Positions 20,984 through 31,070 of a DNA stretch of 64,000 nt are shown piece by piece. Position numbers and translations under genes: made by a program. Under the pieces are notes generated by a model. It saw only the letters and a list, made by a program, of their open reading frames with translations, was not told the DNA's origin and made no database searches. Origin of the DNA: a virus; the IMG/VR virus record IMGVR_UViG_3300049582_000032, positions 1 through 64,000 of that record; one strand, 5' to 3'. The first letter of the stretch is position 1, and every line of letters begins with the position of its first letter.

Positions 20984-21331
20984 ATGGATAGAGAGCACGA
21001 CAAATCAAAACTCGCAGCGGCCATTCTTGCCTTTGACTTGATCCTAGATGACATGCTGGAGTGCCTGGATACAGGGAAGGAGTTCCACCCAGCCGCCCAC
21101 ATTCTCATGGAGGCTCTGACAGGGCAAATGAGTTTCGTTCCACATATCCCACCATTGAAGCAAGAGTACGTGCTCAACATGGCTGCCATCGGATCGCTCG
21201 TCAGGTTGATCACTCTGTCAATGGATGTAGGCGCACAGAACATCCGAAGCGTCATAGAGATGCAGAAAGAAAAGCTTGAAATGCTCAGAAAGATCGATTT
21301 CCGTAGAGCCCAGGAGCAATCGTTGCACTAG
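20984..21331 (+). CDS. Hypothetical protein
   Basis: AAAGGA SD, 115 aa. Confidence 0.6.
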   Translation: MDREHDKSKLAAAILAFDLILDDMLECLDTGKEFHPAAHILMEALTGQMSFVPHIPPLKQEYVLNMAAIGSLVRLITLSMDVGAQNIRSVIEMQKEKLEMLRKIDFRRAQEQSLH

Positions 21332-22935
21332 GCAACTTTCTTCCTGATTACGCCCTTTTTGAAGAGAAAACTCTTAAGATCGTTGTTGATTAGCTTCACG
21401 GTTGCGGCATCCGGCTTCTTCGATCGGATGTAATCAAGATATCCCCACACAACCTGAAATTCATTCGGTATCTTTTTATCACAAAACGCCTTCGTTCTCT
21501 GCTTCCAGTTCTCGTGTCCTTTTGATTTATGGTATCCGATGACCTGAGCATAGAGATCCATGGCCAGTTCCCTTGTCCATGTCACTTTGGCCATCTCGCG
21601 AGACGTTTCAGCCACCAACTGGACGGGTATTTCCTCCAGAACATGGATTCTTGGAGGCATCGCGGTCCCGCATTTCGGGCATTTTCGGGCAGAAACAGGA
21701 TATTCGGTGCCACAAACACACTTGTAAAGCGCTTCGGTAGCGACTGCGTCCTCTTCCTCCTTTGCTTTACGCAACCTCTTCAGCTTCTCGGTGGCGCTTT
21801 TCGGTGTTTCCTCCAGATCCCAATCCCAATCGCTATCCGGGTGCTTCAATTTCTCCACTGTTTTTGTGTAATCCAGGACTTTTACACACGTTTTGTCACC
21901 GGATGGCCGTCTTCCGCGTCCGATTGCCTGTAGATACGTGATCAGGTTCATGACCTGCTGCTTATTCGGCCTTGCCAAGGCTACGCACTCGATTTCAGGA
22001 ATGTCCACGCCCTCTACAGCAATGCCGAAGTTGCACAGAACCTTGATTTCGCCACTCGCAAGCCGTGCATAGATCCGGTCTCGCGGGGATACGCCATCTT
22101 CTCCTGGCTCGTCGGATATGTCAGAGTCGATATGCTCCGCTGGGATGCCCGCACGATTGAACTGCTCGCACAGATGGATTGAGTGGCCCACATTCTTGGC
22201 GAAAAAGACCGTCTTGAGGTCAAGGCAATGCTCCTGCCACTGCTCGACGACCCTCCCGATCAGCTTGGGCGTATCCGCCATATCGTCCGGAAGCACCAGA
22301 CCCCTGGAATTGACCACACTGGCCGGAAGCAGGATTCCCGCCTCGACCATCTCATTGATCGACGGACCCCTAACGAGCGCATCGTACTGGCTGCCAAGCC
22401 CATCTCCGTTTCCTTTGATGGGAGTTGCGGAATACCCAATGAAAACCGCCTTCGGGTAGACCGTTTTCAGCCAGTTGATATTGCCGATATGGCATTCATC
22501 CACATGCACAACGTCTGCGGGAGGAAGCGCAGCCTCCATCGGGTCCAGGCCGTATTGCAGGTCGAGTTCCTTGTGCGAATCGCTGTCGATCAGCCCCTTT
22601 GCCCTTTTGTACCGGAGCCACAGGGTCGCAGTACACGCAACCTGGACAGGAGAATTCCTGTCATACGGCATTCCGGCCATCATGTATGACGGGTTCAAGC
22701 CGTACCTGCTGAATGTATCGTACATCTGCTTGGTGATTCGCCGCCGTGGCGTGATGACAAGCACATGCCTTCCCTTCGAGACAGTCCCTTTTGCGAGACG
22801 TGCGCTGATGTGCGTCTTCCCAGCCCCTGTTGGAGCCTGCACGCAGATATTCCGGATACTCCGCTTTCCGAAATCATAGATCTGCTGGATGATATTGGTC
22901 TGAAACCGCTCCCTGTTTGCGTTGATCAGGTCCAT
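21328..22935 (-). CDS. Superfamily 2 (DExH) helicase with C-terminal zinc ribbon
   Basis: APTGAGKT, DECH, SAT, EGVDIP, QAIGRGRR, CVC...CPKCG; start at MDLIN via TGATG overlap. Confidence 0.9.
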   Translation of the reverse strand: MDLINANRERFQTNIIQQIYDFGKRSIRNICVQAPTGAGKTHISARLAKGTVSKGRHVLVITPRRRITKQMYDTFSRYGLNPSYMMAGMPYDRNSPVQVACTATLWLRYKRAKGLIDSDSHKELDLQYGLDPMEAALPPADVVHVDECHIGNINWLKTVYPKAVFIGYSATPIKGNGDGLGSQYDALVRGPSINEMVEAGILLPASVVNSRGLVLPDDMADTPKLIGRVVEQWQEHCLDLKTVFFAKNVGHSIHLCEQFNRAGIPAEHIDSDISDEPGEDGVSPRDRIYARLASGEIKVLCNFGIAVEGVDIPEIECVALARPNKQQVMNLITYLQAIGRGRRPSGDKTCVKVLDYTKTVEKLKHPDSDWDWDLEETPKSATEKLKRLRKAKEEEDAVATEALYKCVCGTEYPVSARKCPKCGTAMPPRIHVLEEIPVQLVAETSREMAKVTWTRELAMDLYAQVIGYHKSKGHENWKQRTKAFCDKKIPNEFQVVWGYLDYIRSKKPDAATVKLINNDLKSFLFKKGVIRKKVA

Positions 22936-23399
22936 CAGGGGACCTCGACAACCTGAACCGGGGGAATGGCGATGTATTGCACTGGACTTTTCGATAGCTC
23001 GCGTTTTATGACCTCTCTGACAATCCTCCATTCCAGCCCCCCAAGGCCGCATCCTACTGCTGGCAGCGCAACGGTTTCGATGCCTCGCGCATTGCACTCG
23101 TGGTTCATATCTTCAAGGGCAGGACGTATATCCACGAGCCTCGATTTCTGTCTCCAGTGATACTTGGTCGGGAATAGGATGATCTCTGGTGGAGATTCCA
23201 CACCGGATTTCACCACCCTGACGCGGCCAAGCATCATCTCGCCACGGTTACACAGCGCTTTGTATGACCAGAGCATATCAGGAAATCGTTCCTTGAACTC
23301 CAGCTCCAATCCATTCCCCATTACGCCTACACAATTGACGGGATTGACAAGGGCTTGGCAATCCATGGAGAAGATATTGCCATTGCGGACGGTGAGCAT
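22935..23399 (-). CDS. Macrodomain ADP-ribose glycohydrolase, DarG-like
   Basis: VNPVNCVGVMG.G, FPTK.HW, ALPAVGCGLGGL.W. Confidence 0.88.
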   Translation of the reverse strand: MLTVRNGNIFSMDCQALVNPVNCVGVMGNGLELEFKERFPDMLWSYKALCNRGEMMLGRVRVVKSGVESPPEIILFPTKYHWRQKSRLVDIRPALEDMNHECNARGIETVALPAVGCGLGGLEWRIVREVIKRELSKSPVQYIAIPPVQVVEVP

Positions 23400-23449
23400 C
23401 AGTCATCCTCCAGCTATTCGAGGGAAGACACTTTCCCACATCCGGCCCA

Positions 23450-23479
23450 ATATGTCAAGTCAAGAATTGTGTTGACATT
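23450..23479. promoter_or_regulatory. Back-to-back -35 divergent promoter element, copy 1
   Basis: ATATGTCAAGTCAAGAATTGTGTTGACATT between divergent genes; identical copy at 61709..61738. Confidence 0.75.
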
Positions 23480-23531
23480 CAGCGCAGAATGCTGTCTAAT
23501 GGCGCGGAATTTTGGATTGGAGGCTAAAAAA

Positions 23532-23765
23532 GTGAAAATTACTCTCAGAATGGCAGACAATTACCAGGAACGCGACAAGCTTCATGAACAGCTTGGTAAC
23601 GCCATGTTCTCGCTCATGAACGCCGCTTCGATATTTTGTAGAATTGAGGGCGAAGAAGCAAAAGAAAGCGAAGCATACGATCTGATCTCCACAGCGATAG
23701 ACACAGTGGATGAAGCTATGAAGATCACGCCTGCTGGAATCATCGTAGAGCACTCAGACGCGTAA
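23532..23765 (+). CDS. Hypothetical protein
   Basis: GTG after GGAGG. Confidence 0.55.
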   Translation: MKITLRMADNYQERDKLHEQLGNAMFSLMNAASIFCRIEGEEAKESEAYDLISTAIDTVDEAMKITPAGIIVEHSDA

Positions 23766-23835
23766 GTGCAGATGGTGAGAGAAAATGGCCCCGTCGCAAT
23801 GATGGGGCCAAGTTTGGGAGGAAACGAACCTGACG

Positions 23836-24162
23836 ATGAGAACACTAGCTGCTATCGCAATCGCTGTCAACACTGCGTTTGCCACACCCGCTCTGGCCAT
23901 GAGCGCGCCTACGGAAAAACCGGATTTCGCACAGCAGCGTGAGGCCACGGTGGAATCGATGCAGGAATGCCATACGCTCATCGGGGCTGCGATGTTTCAG
24001 TACCGCATCCTGGACCGTATCGAGTTCGATGACGAAGCCATCAGCGTCACATGGAACGACAAGGCTGTCGGGCTTGGCGTAGCTGAAGAAGTCGGTGATA
24101 TGCAGGCAATCCTGATGTACTGCTTCGATCTGATTGAGCACCATAGAAACCCTGAGAACTAG
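23836..24162 (+). CDS. Secreted/periplasmic hypothetical protein
   Basis: Sec signal MRTLAAIAIAVNTAFATPALA. Confidence 0.7.
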   Translation: MRTLAAIAIAVNTAFATPALAMSAPTEKPDFAQQREATVESMQECHTLIGAAMFQYRILDRIEFDDEAISVTWNDKAVGLGVAEEVGDMQAILMYCFDLIEHHRNPEN

Positions 24163-24212
24163 CAACTCTGTTCTATGATGGATAGAGAAAGTCAAAGATT
24201 AGGGGGCCTGAC

Positions 24213-24968
24213 ATGGTCAAACAAGGCGAAACAATAGCTGTGTGGTTTTCTTGCGGTGCAGCTAGCGCCGTAGCGGCAAAAAAGACTATTGAGAAGTATG
24301 GGAAAATCGCGAAGATCAGGATCGTTAATAATCCTATAAAAGAAGAGCACAGCGACAATATGAGGTTTTTGCGCGATGTAGAAAGGTGGCTAGGAATCCC
24401 AATTGAATTTGCCATCAATACTAGATATCTATCTGGATCTTGTGTAGATGTTTGGAACGATAGGAAATTTATGTCTGGGCCAGCAGGAGCACCGTGTACA
24501 CTTGAATTAAAGAAAAAGGCTAGACTACATTGGGAAATAAATAACAATGTTGATTGGCACGTATTAGGTTTCACATTGGATGAAAAGAAGCGTAGTGACA
24601 ACTTTATTCGCAGAGAAAGAAGCAATCTGATTCCAGTCCTTATTGATGAGTGTATAACAAAAACACAATGTTTCGCAATAATTAAAGCCGCTGGTATCGA
24701 ATTGCCAGAAATTTATAAACTAGGATATCCGAATGCAAACTGTATAGGTTGTGTGAAGGCAACCTCACCAACATATTGGAATCATGTTCGTAAAATGCAC
24801 CAAGACGTTTTTAAACAGCGAGCAACACAATCACGGGAGATTGGCGCAAAACTTGTAAGATATAAAGGTAAACGTATTTTCCTAGATGAACTAGACCCAA
24901 GAGCAAGGGGAAAGTCCATGAAAAATATGGACTTTGAATGTGGACTTTTTTGTGAGGAGCGCGGATAA
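24213..24968 (+). CDS. PAPS-reductase-like (adenine nucleotide alpha hydrolase) phage protein
   Basis: VWFSCGAASAVA, APCT.ELKK, GF..DE..R, YKLGYPNANCIGCVK; AT-rich. Confidence 0.8.
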   Translation: MVKQGETIAVWFSCGAASAVAAKKTIEKYGKIAKIRIVNNPIKEEHSDNMRFLRDVERWLGIPIEFAINTRYLSGSCVDVWNDRKFMSGPAGAPCTLELKKKARLHWEINNNVDWHVLGFTLDEKKRSDNFIRRERSNLIPVLIDECITKTQCFAIIKAAGIELPEIYKLGYPNANCIGCVKATSPTYWNHVRKMHQDVFKQRATQSREIGAKLVRYKGKRIFLDELDPRARGKSMKNMDFECGLFCEERG

Positions 24969-24971
24969 CAC

Positions 24972-25457
24972 ATGCGCAAACTACCAAAACGCTGCGCCAT
25001 TGCACAGAAGAAGCAGGCAGCAGTCTTGAAGGTAATAGAGAACTCCATAGGCAAGCCGTGCCCAACGACTGACGAACTCGCCAAGGCCACCGGCCTTACA
25101 AAGAGCGACATCAGCCGGGCGACTTCCGCTCTCTACTTCAAGGGCATCTTGCAAGCCGACACAGACGGCGCAACAAGGAAGATCACCATCATTGCAACCG
25201 GCGAATCAACGCTTCCAGGGATTTTCTTCAATAAGCGCGGCATTCAGAGTCAGGAGCAGGATTGGCCAGCCGTGACAGGGATCAACATGGAGGGCGTCAG
25301 GTACGAGGACGCTACAAACATCCCGCTGGAAGACGCCATGCCGTTTCCGGTAAATCATCCTATCTCCAGAGCGATGCCAAGGATCAGGACCAACGACGCC
25401 ATCAATGTTCGGCTGAAGGAAAAAGCCAGGAACGTCTACGCTAAGGCTTGCGCATAG
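24972..25457 (+). CDS. LexA-like winged-helix DNA-binding protein
   Basis: PCPTTDELAKATGLTKSDISRA...L..KG.L. Confidence 0.65.
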   Translation: MRKLPKRCAIAQKKQAAVLKVIENSIGKPCPTTDELAKATGLTKSDISRATSALYFKGILQADTDGATRKITIIATGESTLPGIFFNKRGIQSQEQDWPAVTGINMEGVRYEDATNIPLEDAMPFPVNHPISRAMPRIRTNDAINVRLKEKARNVYAKACA

Positions 25458-25677
25458 CCTCAATCATGGAGATGCACTCTTCCCACTCGCCATGTCGCTG
25501 CATTGCACGAAGCCGCTCCACAAGATCACCAAGCCCCTCGCGGTATCCCTCATAGAACCGCTTTTCTTCAGCTTCACGGAGTCCCTTGCGATAACCCTCC
25601 TCGAATGCAGCCGCCCGGAGAGCTTCAACATCCACAGTGATTGGCTGGAAATCGCCAGAGTTCCCGTCATCGTCCAT
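25441..25677 (-). CDS. Hypothetical protein (EGYRxG repeats)
   Basis: Two xEGYRxGL units, a common small phage protein pattern. Confidence 0.55.
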   Translation of the reverse strand: MDDDGNSGDFQPITVDVEALRAAAFEEGYRKGLREAEEKRFYEGYREGLGDLVERLRAMQRHGEWEECISMIEAMRKP

Positions 25678-25706
25678 GACGGGTATTATAGCACGATATG
25701 GCAGGT

Positions 25707-26024
25707 CTACACCACCACCATTCGTTTCGGGTCCGTCTCGTGGGACCTTATCGCCAGGACGACTTGCATCCTGTCAGCGTTGTCATGATCCTGTGAATCT
25801 GTCATGTCCCAACCAAATGGCTGGACGGATGCAAAAACACCGTGCGCCACCTGCACCATCCCTCCAATCAACGGATACGGAGGCAGAGCATCCCTGATCG
25901 CATCCAAAAGACGCTTTCTGTGCCAGGACCAAGGCAAGTTCCCAGCATGAGGCAGGTCCCGAAGATGGCCAAGAGCCGCCTCGATATCCGTCTCTGAGAT
26001 TAGAAGTATTGGCCTTGGGATCAT
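25707..26024 (-). CDS. Hypothetical protein
   Basis: ATGA overlap with upstream gene. Confidence 0.55.
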   Translation of the reverse strand: MIPRPILLISETDIEAALGHLRDLPHAGNLPWSWHRKRLLDAIRDALPPYPLIGGMVQVAHGVFASVQPFGWDMTDSQDHDNADRMQVVLAIRSHETDPKRMVVV

Positions 26025-26290
26025 TCTTGATTTCTCCGGCAAACAAGAACCACATCATTGTTGTATACCCTGGAATGCTTGATGAACAGCTTGGCAATAA
26101 ACACGTCTCCAGTATCGACCAGCTTCATCGTAACAGACGGGACGACCTCTGTTGCAAAACCGTGTTCCACATTATCCGGAATATGCCTTGCAATCTGCTT
26201 CAGAAAGCTTTCCCTGTCCCAAGTGTCACCAAGAAATACTAGAACGTCCTTAAGGTTCTCGCGGCCAACAACTATATCCATGTCAGGCAT
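26021..26290 (-). CDS. Hypothetical protein
   Basis: Overlap-coupled operon member. Confidence 0.5.
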   Translation of the reverse strand: MPDMDIVVGRENLKDVLVFLGDTWDRESFLKQIARHIPDNVEHGFATEVVPSVTMKLVDTGDVFIAKLFIKHSRVYNNDVVLVCRRNQE

Positions 26291-26579
26291 CCCCAATGCG
26301 ATGCTCGTTCCGCTCAAGCCTGGCTTTCGCCGCCCACTTCATTGGAATAACCGCCAGCTTGACATCAACCCTTGGAGCCACCCTGTCCACAAGCCGATCC
26401 GCAAGATCATCATCAACATACATCACGGCATCCTTGAATGGACGGTCATCCGTGACTACGCCATCGTCATAGAACAAAGCCGCCGCATCCACGGCGTTAA
26501 CGATGCAGTAGCCCTCTTCCTTCCACTGAATGGCGCACTCGCACGCCGCGATGTCACTCTCGATATCCATCTCGTCCAT
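26283..26579 (-). CDS. Hypothetical protein
   Basis: GCTGGAGGA RBS 6 nt upstream. Confidence 0.6.
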   Translation of the reverse strand: MDEMDIESDIAACECAIQWKEEGYCIVNAVDAAALFYDDGVVTDDRPFKDAVMYVDDDLADRLVDRVAPRVDVKLAVIPMKWAAKARLERNEHRIGDA

Positions 26580-26684
26580 TTTGTCCTCCAGCTTTTGGTC
26601 TAAACGTTGACGGCACTATGTCACATCATTCCGGTGATGTCAAGTCTTGACTTCGGATGATGCTCATGGTAAAGTTTATCCATT

Positions 26685-27062
26685 ATGATATTCATCTCCG
26701 GATCACAAACCATTACCGATCTGACCACCGGCTTCACGCAGCGGATCGATAACATCATCGCCAAAAACCTGCCCGTCATAACCGGCAACGTGGAGGGAGT
26801 GGAGGCGGCAGTGGTAGCCTATTTAAGTTCCAAAGGCTACAGGAATTACGTACAACGGCCCAACCAGGATTGCATAAACTCCGCGAGCTACGGGCTGTTC
26901 ATGTGGGACGGAACCAACGACAGAACCTTGAAAAACGTCATGCGCATGAAGGCCATGGGCAAACCGTCCGTGATCTATACGCCGTTCAACACAGAACTCG
27001 GCAGGCCGGACGAGCCGCTGAAAGAGGAAACATACGTGCTGGAGGGCGTATCAAATGCCTGA
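26685..27062 (+). CDS. SLOG/YspA-like nucleotide-binding protein
   Basis: IFISGS.TI, VITG...GVE..V..YL...GY, FMWDG pattern; TTGACT promoter upstream. Confidence 0.55.
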   Translation: MIFISGSQTITDLTTGFTQRIDNIIAKNLPVITGNVEGVEAAVVAYLSSKGYRNYVQRPNQDCINSASYGLFMWDGTNDRTLKNVMRMKAMGKPSVIYTPFNTELGRPDEPLKEETYVLEGVSNA

Positions 27063-27285
27063 CTTTGAACATCTCGACCATGTTTTCGTGAATGAAGGCC
27101 AAGGCGAACGCTACGGCAGAATTGTCAAGAAACTCAACGCAGGATCTTATATCGTGGAGTTCATGGACAACAAAACACGAGGAACATTCGAGGCGGATCG
27201 TATCAGGCTGGCTAGCTGCGAGGAACAGATCAAGCTTGGATACTCAAGATATGATGAGGAGACGGTGACTGATCCAGAGTTCCTT

Positions 27286-28569
27286 GTGAACTACCCCTGC
27301 CTAAAGGCAGAGGCTTCTAGCTTCTCAGGCAATTGCGATTCACTTGGCTTGCGCCCCGCGGATCGTCTGACATTGCCTCCACTAGCAGTAGCGGGCGCTC
27401 CACCCGCCAAAATCCTTAACCCTTCATCACGTATATTGATGGCCGCGTTAACATCCCTATCATGGTGCGTTCCACAATGGCCACACTGCCAAGCGCGAAC
27501 CTTAAGCGGGATCTTATCATGAACGCTGCCACATACGTTACAAGTCTTTGTGCTCGGGAACCACCTATCGCATTTAACGAAAGCCTTTCCTGCACGCTCC
27601 GACTTGTATTCCAGGAAACGTGTGAGCATTCCCCACCCTACATCCGAAACAGCTTTCGCAAGATTGTGATTCTTCAGCACGCCTTTAACGTTTAGATCTT
27701 CGACGCATATGACTTGGTTTTCGTCAATCAGGCGTCGTGACAGTTTATGTAGATAGTCCTTGCGAGCACATGCGACCCTCTCATACGCCCTCGCAACAAG
27801 CCGCCGTGCCTTATTTCTTCCAGCGGACCCTTTCTTTCTGCGAGATAGCTTGCGCTGCTTCCTCTTAAGATTCCTTTCAGCTTTCCGAATATGTCTCGGA
27901 TTATCGAATTTAGACCCGTCGCTTGTGACGGCCAAATGAGTCAACCCAACGTCAATGCCAATCGCCTTGCCATCGCTGGAAATTGCAGGCAGTTCAACGC
28001 CATCATCCGTCAAGATAGAAGCATGGTATCGCCCGGCAGGATTCATGCTAACGGTAACGGTCTTAATGCGCCCGAATAGCTCTCTATGGACAACGCACCG
28101 AACCCACCCGACTTTTGGCAAATAGATTCGGCTGCCGTTAACCTTAACCCTCTGCGGGTATTGTATAGACTGCCTGCCATGTTTCGATTTGAAACGAGGA
28201 TAGCGCCCACGCTTCTGAAAGAAGTTCTCATATGCGCGAGAAAGGTTCTGTAATGATTGCTGCAACGCTTGTGAGTCTGCATCGCGCAACCATTTAAATT
28301 CTGCCTTCAACTTTGGCAGACGGATTGCCATTGCATGGTAGTTCAAGCCCTTGCCGGTTTCTCTATACAATGCGCCACTTGTCGCGAGGGCTTCATTCCA
28401 GACCCATCTAACGCAACCGAATTGCATCGTCAGAGCCTTAGTCTGATCTATTGTCGGATACATACGAATTTTGGTTGCCGTAAGCATTGTTTAGGTATAC
28501 AATGCTCTCGTCTAAATGTCAAGGGCCTTATATCCCCTGCCTAAAGACAAGGGTTTTACGGCCCATTAG
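27286..28569 (-). mobile_element. IS200/IS605-family tnpB-only (IS1341-like) element
   Basis: Related subterminal hairpins CCCCTGCCTAAAG(G/A)CA.(A/G)GG at both ends; right end TCAC; TTAT target motif outside left end; no target duplication. Confidence 0.88.
27291..28487 (-). CDS. tnpB: RNA-guided endonuclease TnpB
   Basis: HTH_OrfB N-terminus; RuvC GIDVG, VEDL, DRDVNAA.NI; CxxC zinc ribbon. Confidence 0.95.
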   Translation of the reverse strand: MLTATKIRMYPTIDQTKALTMQFGCVRWVWNEALATSGALYRETGKGLNYHAMAIRLPKLKAEFKWLRDADSQALQQSLQNLSRAYENFFQKRGRYPRFKSKHGRQSIQYPQRVKVNGSRIYLPKVGWVRCVVHRELFGRIKTVTVSMNPAGRYHASILTDDGVELPAISSDGKAIGIDVGLTHLAVTSDGSKFDNPRHIRKAERNLKRKQRKLSRRKKGSAGRNKARRLVARAYERVACARKDYLHKLSRRLIDENQVICVEDLNVKGVLKNHNLAKAVSDVGWGMLTRFLEYKSERAGKAFVKCDRWFPSTKTCNVCGSVHDKIPLKVRAWQCGHCGTHHDRDVNAAINIRDEGLRILAGGAPATASGGNVRRSAGRKPSESQLPEKLEASAFRQG

Positions 28570-29385
28570 ATAAGGTTGAGAACGGCTCTAACAGACGAGA
28601 CTTAATCGTAACTGCCTTTAATAGCCAGCCTCATACTAATGTAGCTTTTGGAACACTCTATCATAGAGTATCGCTGCCTGCAAGGAGAATTACACAAAGA
28701 GCTATTCTACCGCCCATGGATCGCCGGGTTGTATGTGTGTAGAGAGTGGCGGCGCACGAGACTAGCATAGAGGAAATGATGTGCATGGAGCCTGTGGGGG
28801 AATGGAACTGGTGGTAGGATAGCATAGAATCTGGTGGGTACCTAGAATTTTTGACGGGAGTACATAAAAAGAATCTTGGGTGATAGGGTATCAACTTTTG
28901 TACAGTACACCAGCAAAATAAAAAAAGACTCTTCACCTCCATATAAAAACAAAACATACCTTAACTCTTCACCTCAATATCAATACACTGCATCAGACGT
29001 ACTATGATGTTTGTGATTAGCGAACGGCTCACGTTCACCATCCGTTCCCACACCCAACCTCTCTGCCTCGCACCTCATGACCACCACCGCCACCCTACTG
29101 TCAGCCAGCGCCCGCACCACACAGTACGGGCAGAGACCCAACCGTCCGGCTATCCCTGCCGTACTCATCCCATCCACTGCCATGCACCCCAGTTCCCATG
29201 CATCCATACTCTTGCTCCCTGCCTGCCGCTCCCGTACCATCATAGCACCCTCGCCCCAACGAGAGTGAGATTGTCTTGAAATGAGAGCCGTGGGGTATCT
29301 GGCATAGGTGGATTTCCGCACGCAGAGTTTTGCAAGCATGACCATCTGTCCGGGCTCCTGAACAAAAGGAGAACACTCCGGGCAT

Positions 29386-29417
29386 GAAAAAAGGGCCACT
29401 GGGAAACTGGTGGCCCC
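29386..29417 (-). terminator. Intrinsic terminator ending the early gene cluster
   Basis: Minus strand GGGCCAC-loop-GTGGCCC followed by TTTTTT. Confidence 0.75.
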
Positions 29418-29433
29418 TTGTCACTCCGGCCGC

Positions 29434-29673
29434 CTAATCCCAATCGGGGCCGTAGACTCCACTGTCGCAAGCCGCCTCAAAACGTTCGTCTGTGTAGAAG
29501 CGTCTCAACCGGCCTTGCAGAGTCGCGTCATCAAGTGCTTCAAGCTCCTTCATGGCCGCTACTGCGTCTTCCCGATAGCAGAACTCGTCAAAACCATCGG
29601 TGACGCTATAGGCGCTTTGATCCTTCGGGCCAACGATGTAGCGGTAGCCGTCTTTGAAAACTGCCAGTTTCAT
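29434..29673 (-). CDS. Small early protein
   Basis: ACTGGAGGG RBS; ends before terminator. Confidence 0.65.
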   Translation of the reverse strand: MKLAVFKDGYRYIVGPKDQSAYSVTDGFDEFCYREDAVAAMKELEALDDATLQGRLRRFYTDERFEAACDSGVYGPDWD

Positions 29674-29806
29674 ATCACAACCCTCCAGTCAGCTTGCGGA
29701 ACTCCTCGCCCATCTCGTCTTTGCTCAGTTTGTCTTGAAGATTGATTGGCATTCTATTCTCCCCAGTATGGGCGAGTCCATCGGGGCTCGCCCTGTTACA
29801 TCGGCC

Positions 29807-30028
29807 TTAGGCTACGTTGAACCCCATACGCTTTAGTTCGTTGAAGGACTCCAATATCTTGTCTGAAAACTCAGCTTCCTTCCTGTCGTCGCCATCGCGG
29901 TACGCAACAGCAGACTTCCATGTGTCTGCCCACACCTTGCGGATTAGGCATTCGATAGCATCTCGCTCGCCAGCCGTCAGCTTTGAGGCAGTTACGCCAA
30001 CTATCTGTGGCAAGTTGTATTCGTTCAT
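29807..30028 (-). CDS. Small early protein
   Basis: GGAGGA RBS; TTGAC promoter at 30081. Confidence 0.65.
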   Translation of the reverse strand: MNEYNLPQIVGVTASKLTAGERDAIECLIRKVWADTWKSAVAYRDGDDRKEAEFSDKILESFNELKRMGFNVA

Positions 30029-30091
30029 CGGTTCCTCCATCAACCAACCTTCAATAATCCTACTCCCCCACCAGGGAACCGTCAACACTTT

Positions 30092-30340
30092 TTATTGGCC
30101 AGTAGAATAAAGCTTCTCGCACCCAAGAAAGACGTACAGCTTCGGGTGTGTCACCCTGATAAGCCCGATCTCGGCGTATTCATGGATAGCCTCGGCTTCG
30201 CCCTTGCAGTAAGCAACGCTCCCACCGAACGCCCCCAAGACGGCCAGCGAGCACGAGGCCACAAGCGCAACGCCAGCCAGGCCCCTGCGCCATCCTTTGA
30301 ACCGCCACCGAACAGTTTTGTCAGATACGATTGCATTCAT
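30092..30340 (-). CDS. Small membrane protein
   Basis: One hydrophobic helix. Confidence 0.55.
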   Translation of the reverse strand: MNAIVSDKTVRWRFKGWRRGLAGVALVASCSLAVLGAFGGSVAYCKGEAEAIHEYAEIGLIRVTHPKLYVFLGCEKLYSTGQ

Positions 30341-30619
30341 GATATCCCCACATTTGCAGCATTAAACTGCAATCTCCAGTAGCAAGGTGGGGTCCGCCGG
30401 CCATCAAGGTATCCAAAATCACCGGGCTGAGACCCCAAACTTACTAGTTTTGGTTGAAAAAGCCTATTTTGCCTCTTTACTGGCCTCCCAACACTCCGAA
30501 AAGCTCCGGTCCCTGTCATCGACCGCCATTACAAGCTCTCGGGGGCATTTAAAGAACACATACCGTTCCAATCCCACCGGCCTCCACCGGCAATTTCCAC
30601 AGTTCCTCATATCCTCCAC

Positions 30620-30805
30620 CTAGAACCAATGATCAGCGAAACCTGCCGCGTGTCGCTCCATCTTCCGAAGCGCTGCCGTATAGGTTTCTTGGTGCGAAAT
30701 GAGCCTTCTATCTTCACCCTCGCCCAAGCAATAGATCCAGAAGCACCTAGGCCCCTCCCGCTCTATCTCGTATCGATCCCGGCCTATCCTGAACTTCCTT
30801 GTCAT
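30620..30805 (-). CDS. Small early protein
   Basis: ATGA overlap with upstream gene. Confidence 0.6.
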   Translation of the reverse strand: MTRKFRIGRDRYEIEREGPRCFWIYCLGEGEDRRLISHQETYTAALRKMERHAAGFADHWF

Positions 30806-31005
30806 GACACGCTCAAATCCTTAACCATGATGCTGCCAGCCGCTCCAAGCCTCACTTCCCGAAGCCCGTCTGCTGGCCTGTTCTGCGGCAGGACGATGGC
30901 CCCCACCATCCCGTCCGCCATGAGTTCTAACGCCCTATCGACAAGATCAGCCGTCATTTCATACGAGCGGCCATTGTCGGCGTAGAAAATTCGCTGTTCT
31001 TTCAT
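30802..31005 (-). CDS. Small early protein
   Basis: GCTGGAGGA RBS. Confidence 0.6.
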   Translation of the reverse strand: MKEQRIFYADNGRSYEMTADLVDRALELMADGMVGAIVLPQNRPADGLREVRLGAAGSIMVKDLSVS

Positions 31006-31070
31006 CACATCCTCCAGCTTTTTGTCTTGCGCGCTAGCAGAAGTCCGCTAGGACGCTGTTGATATCCGGC

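Larger units (their letters stand above)
27055..28605 (+). pseudogene. Small SH3-like hypothetical gene interrupted by the TnpB element
   Basis: Removing 27286..28569 restores an 88-aa ORF ending ...DPEFL|IRLRTALTDET-stop. Confidence 0.75.

Noticed and set aside
27055-27522. 155-aa ORF as a complete native gene
   Set aside because: Its 3' half reads into the IS right end, antisense to tnpB.
28980-29399. 139-aa minus-strand ORF as an HTH gene
   Set aside because: Starts inside a terminator, lacks a clear RBS and lies in compositionally skewed sequence; a shorter version cannot be excluded.
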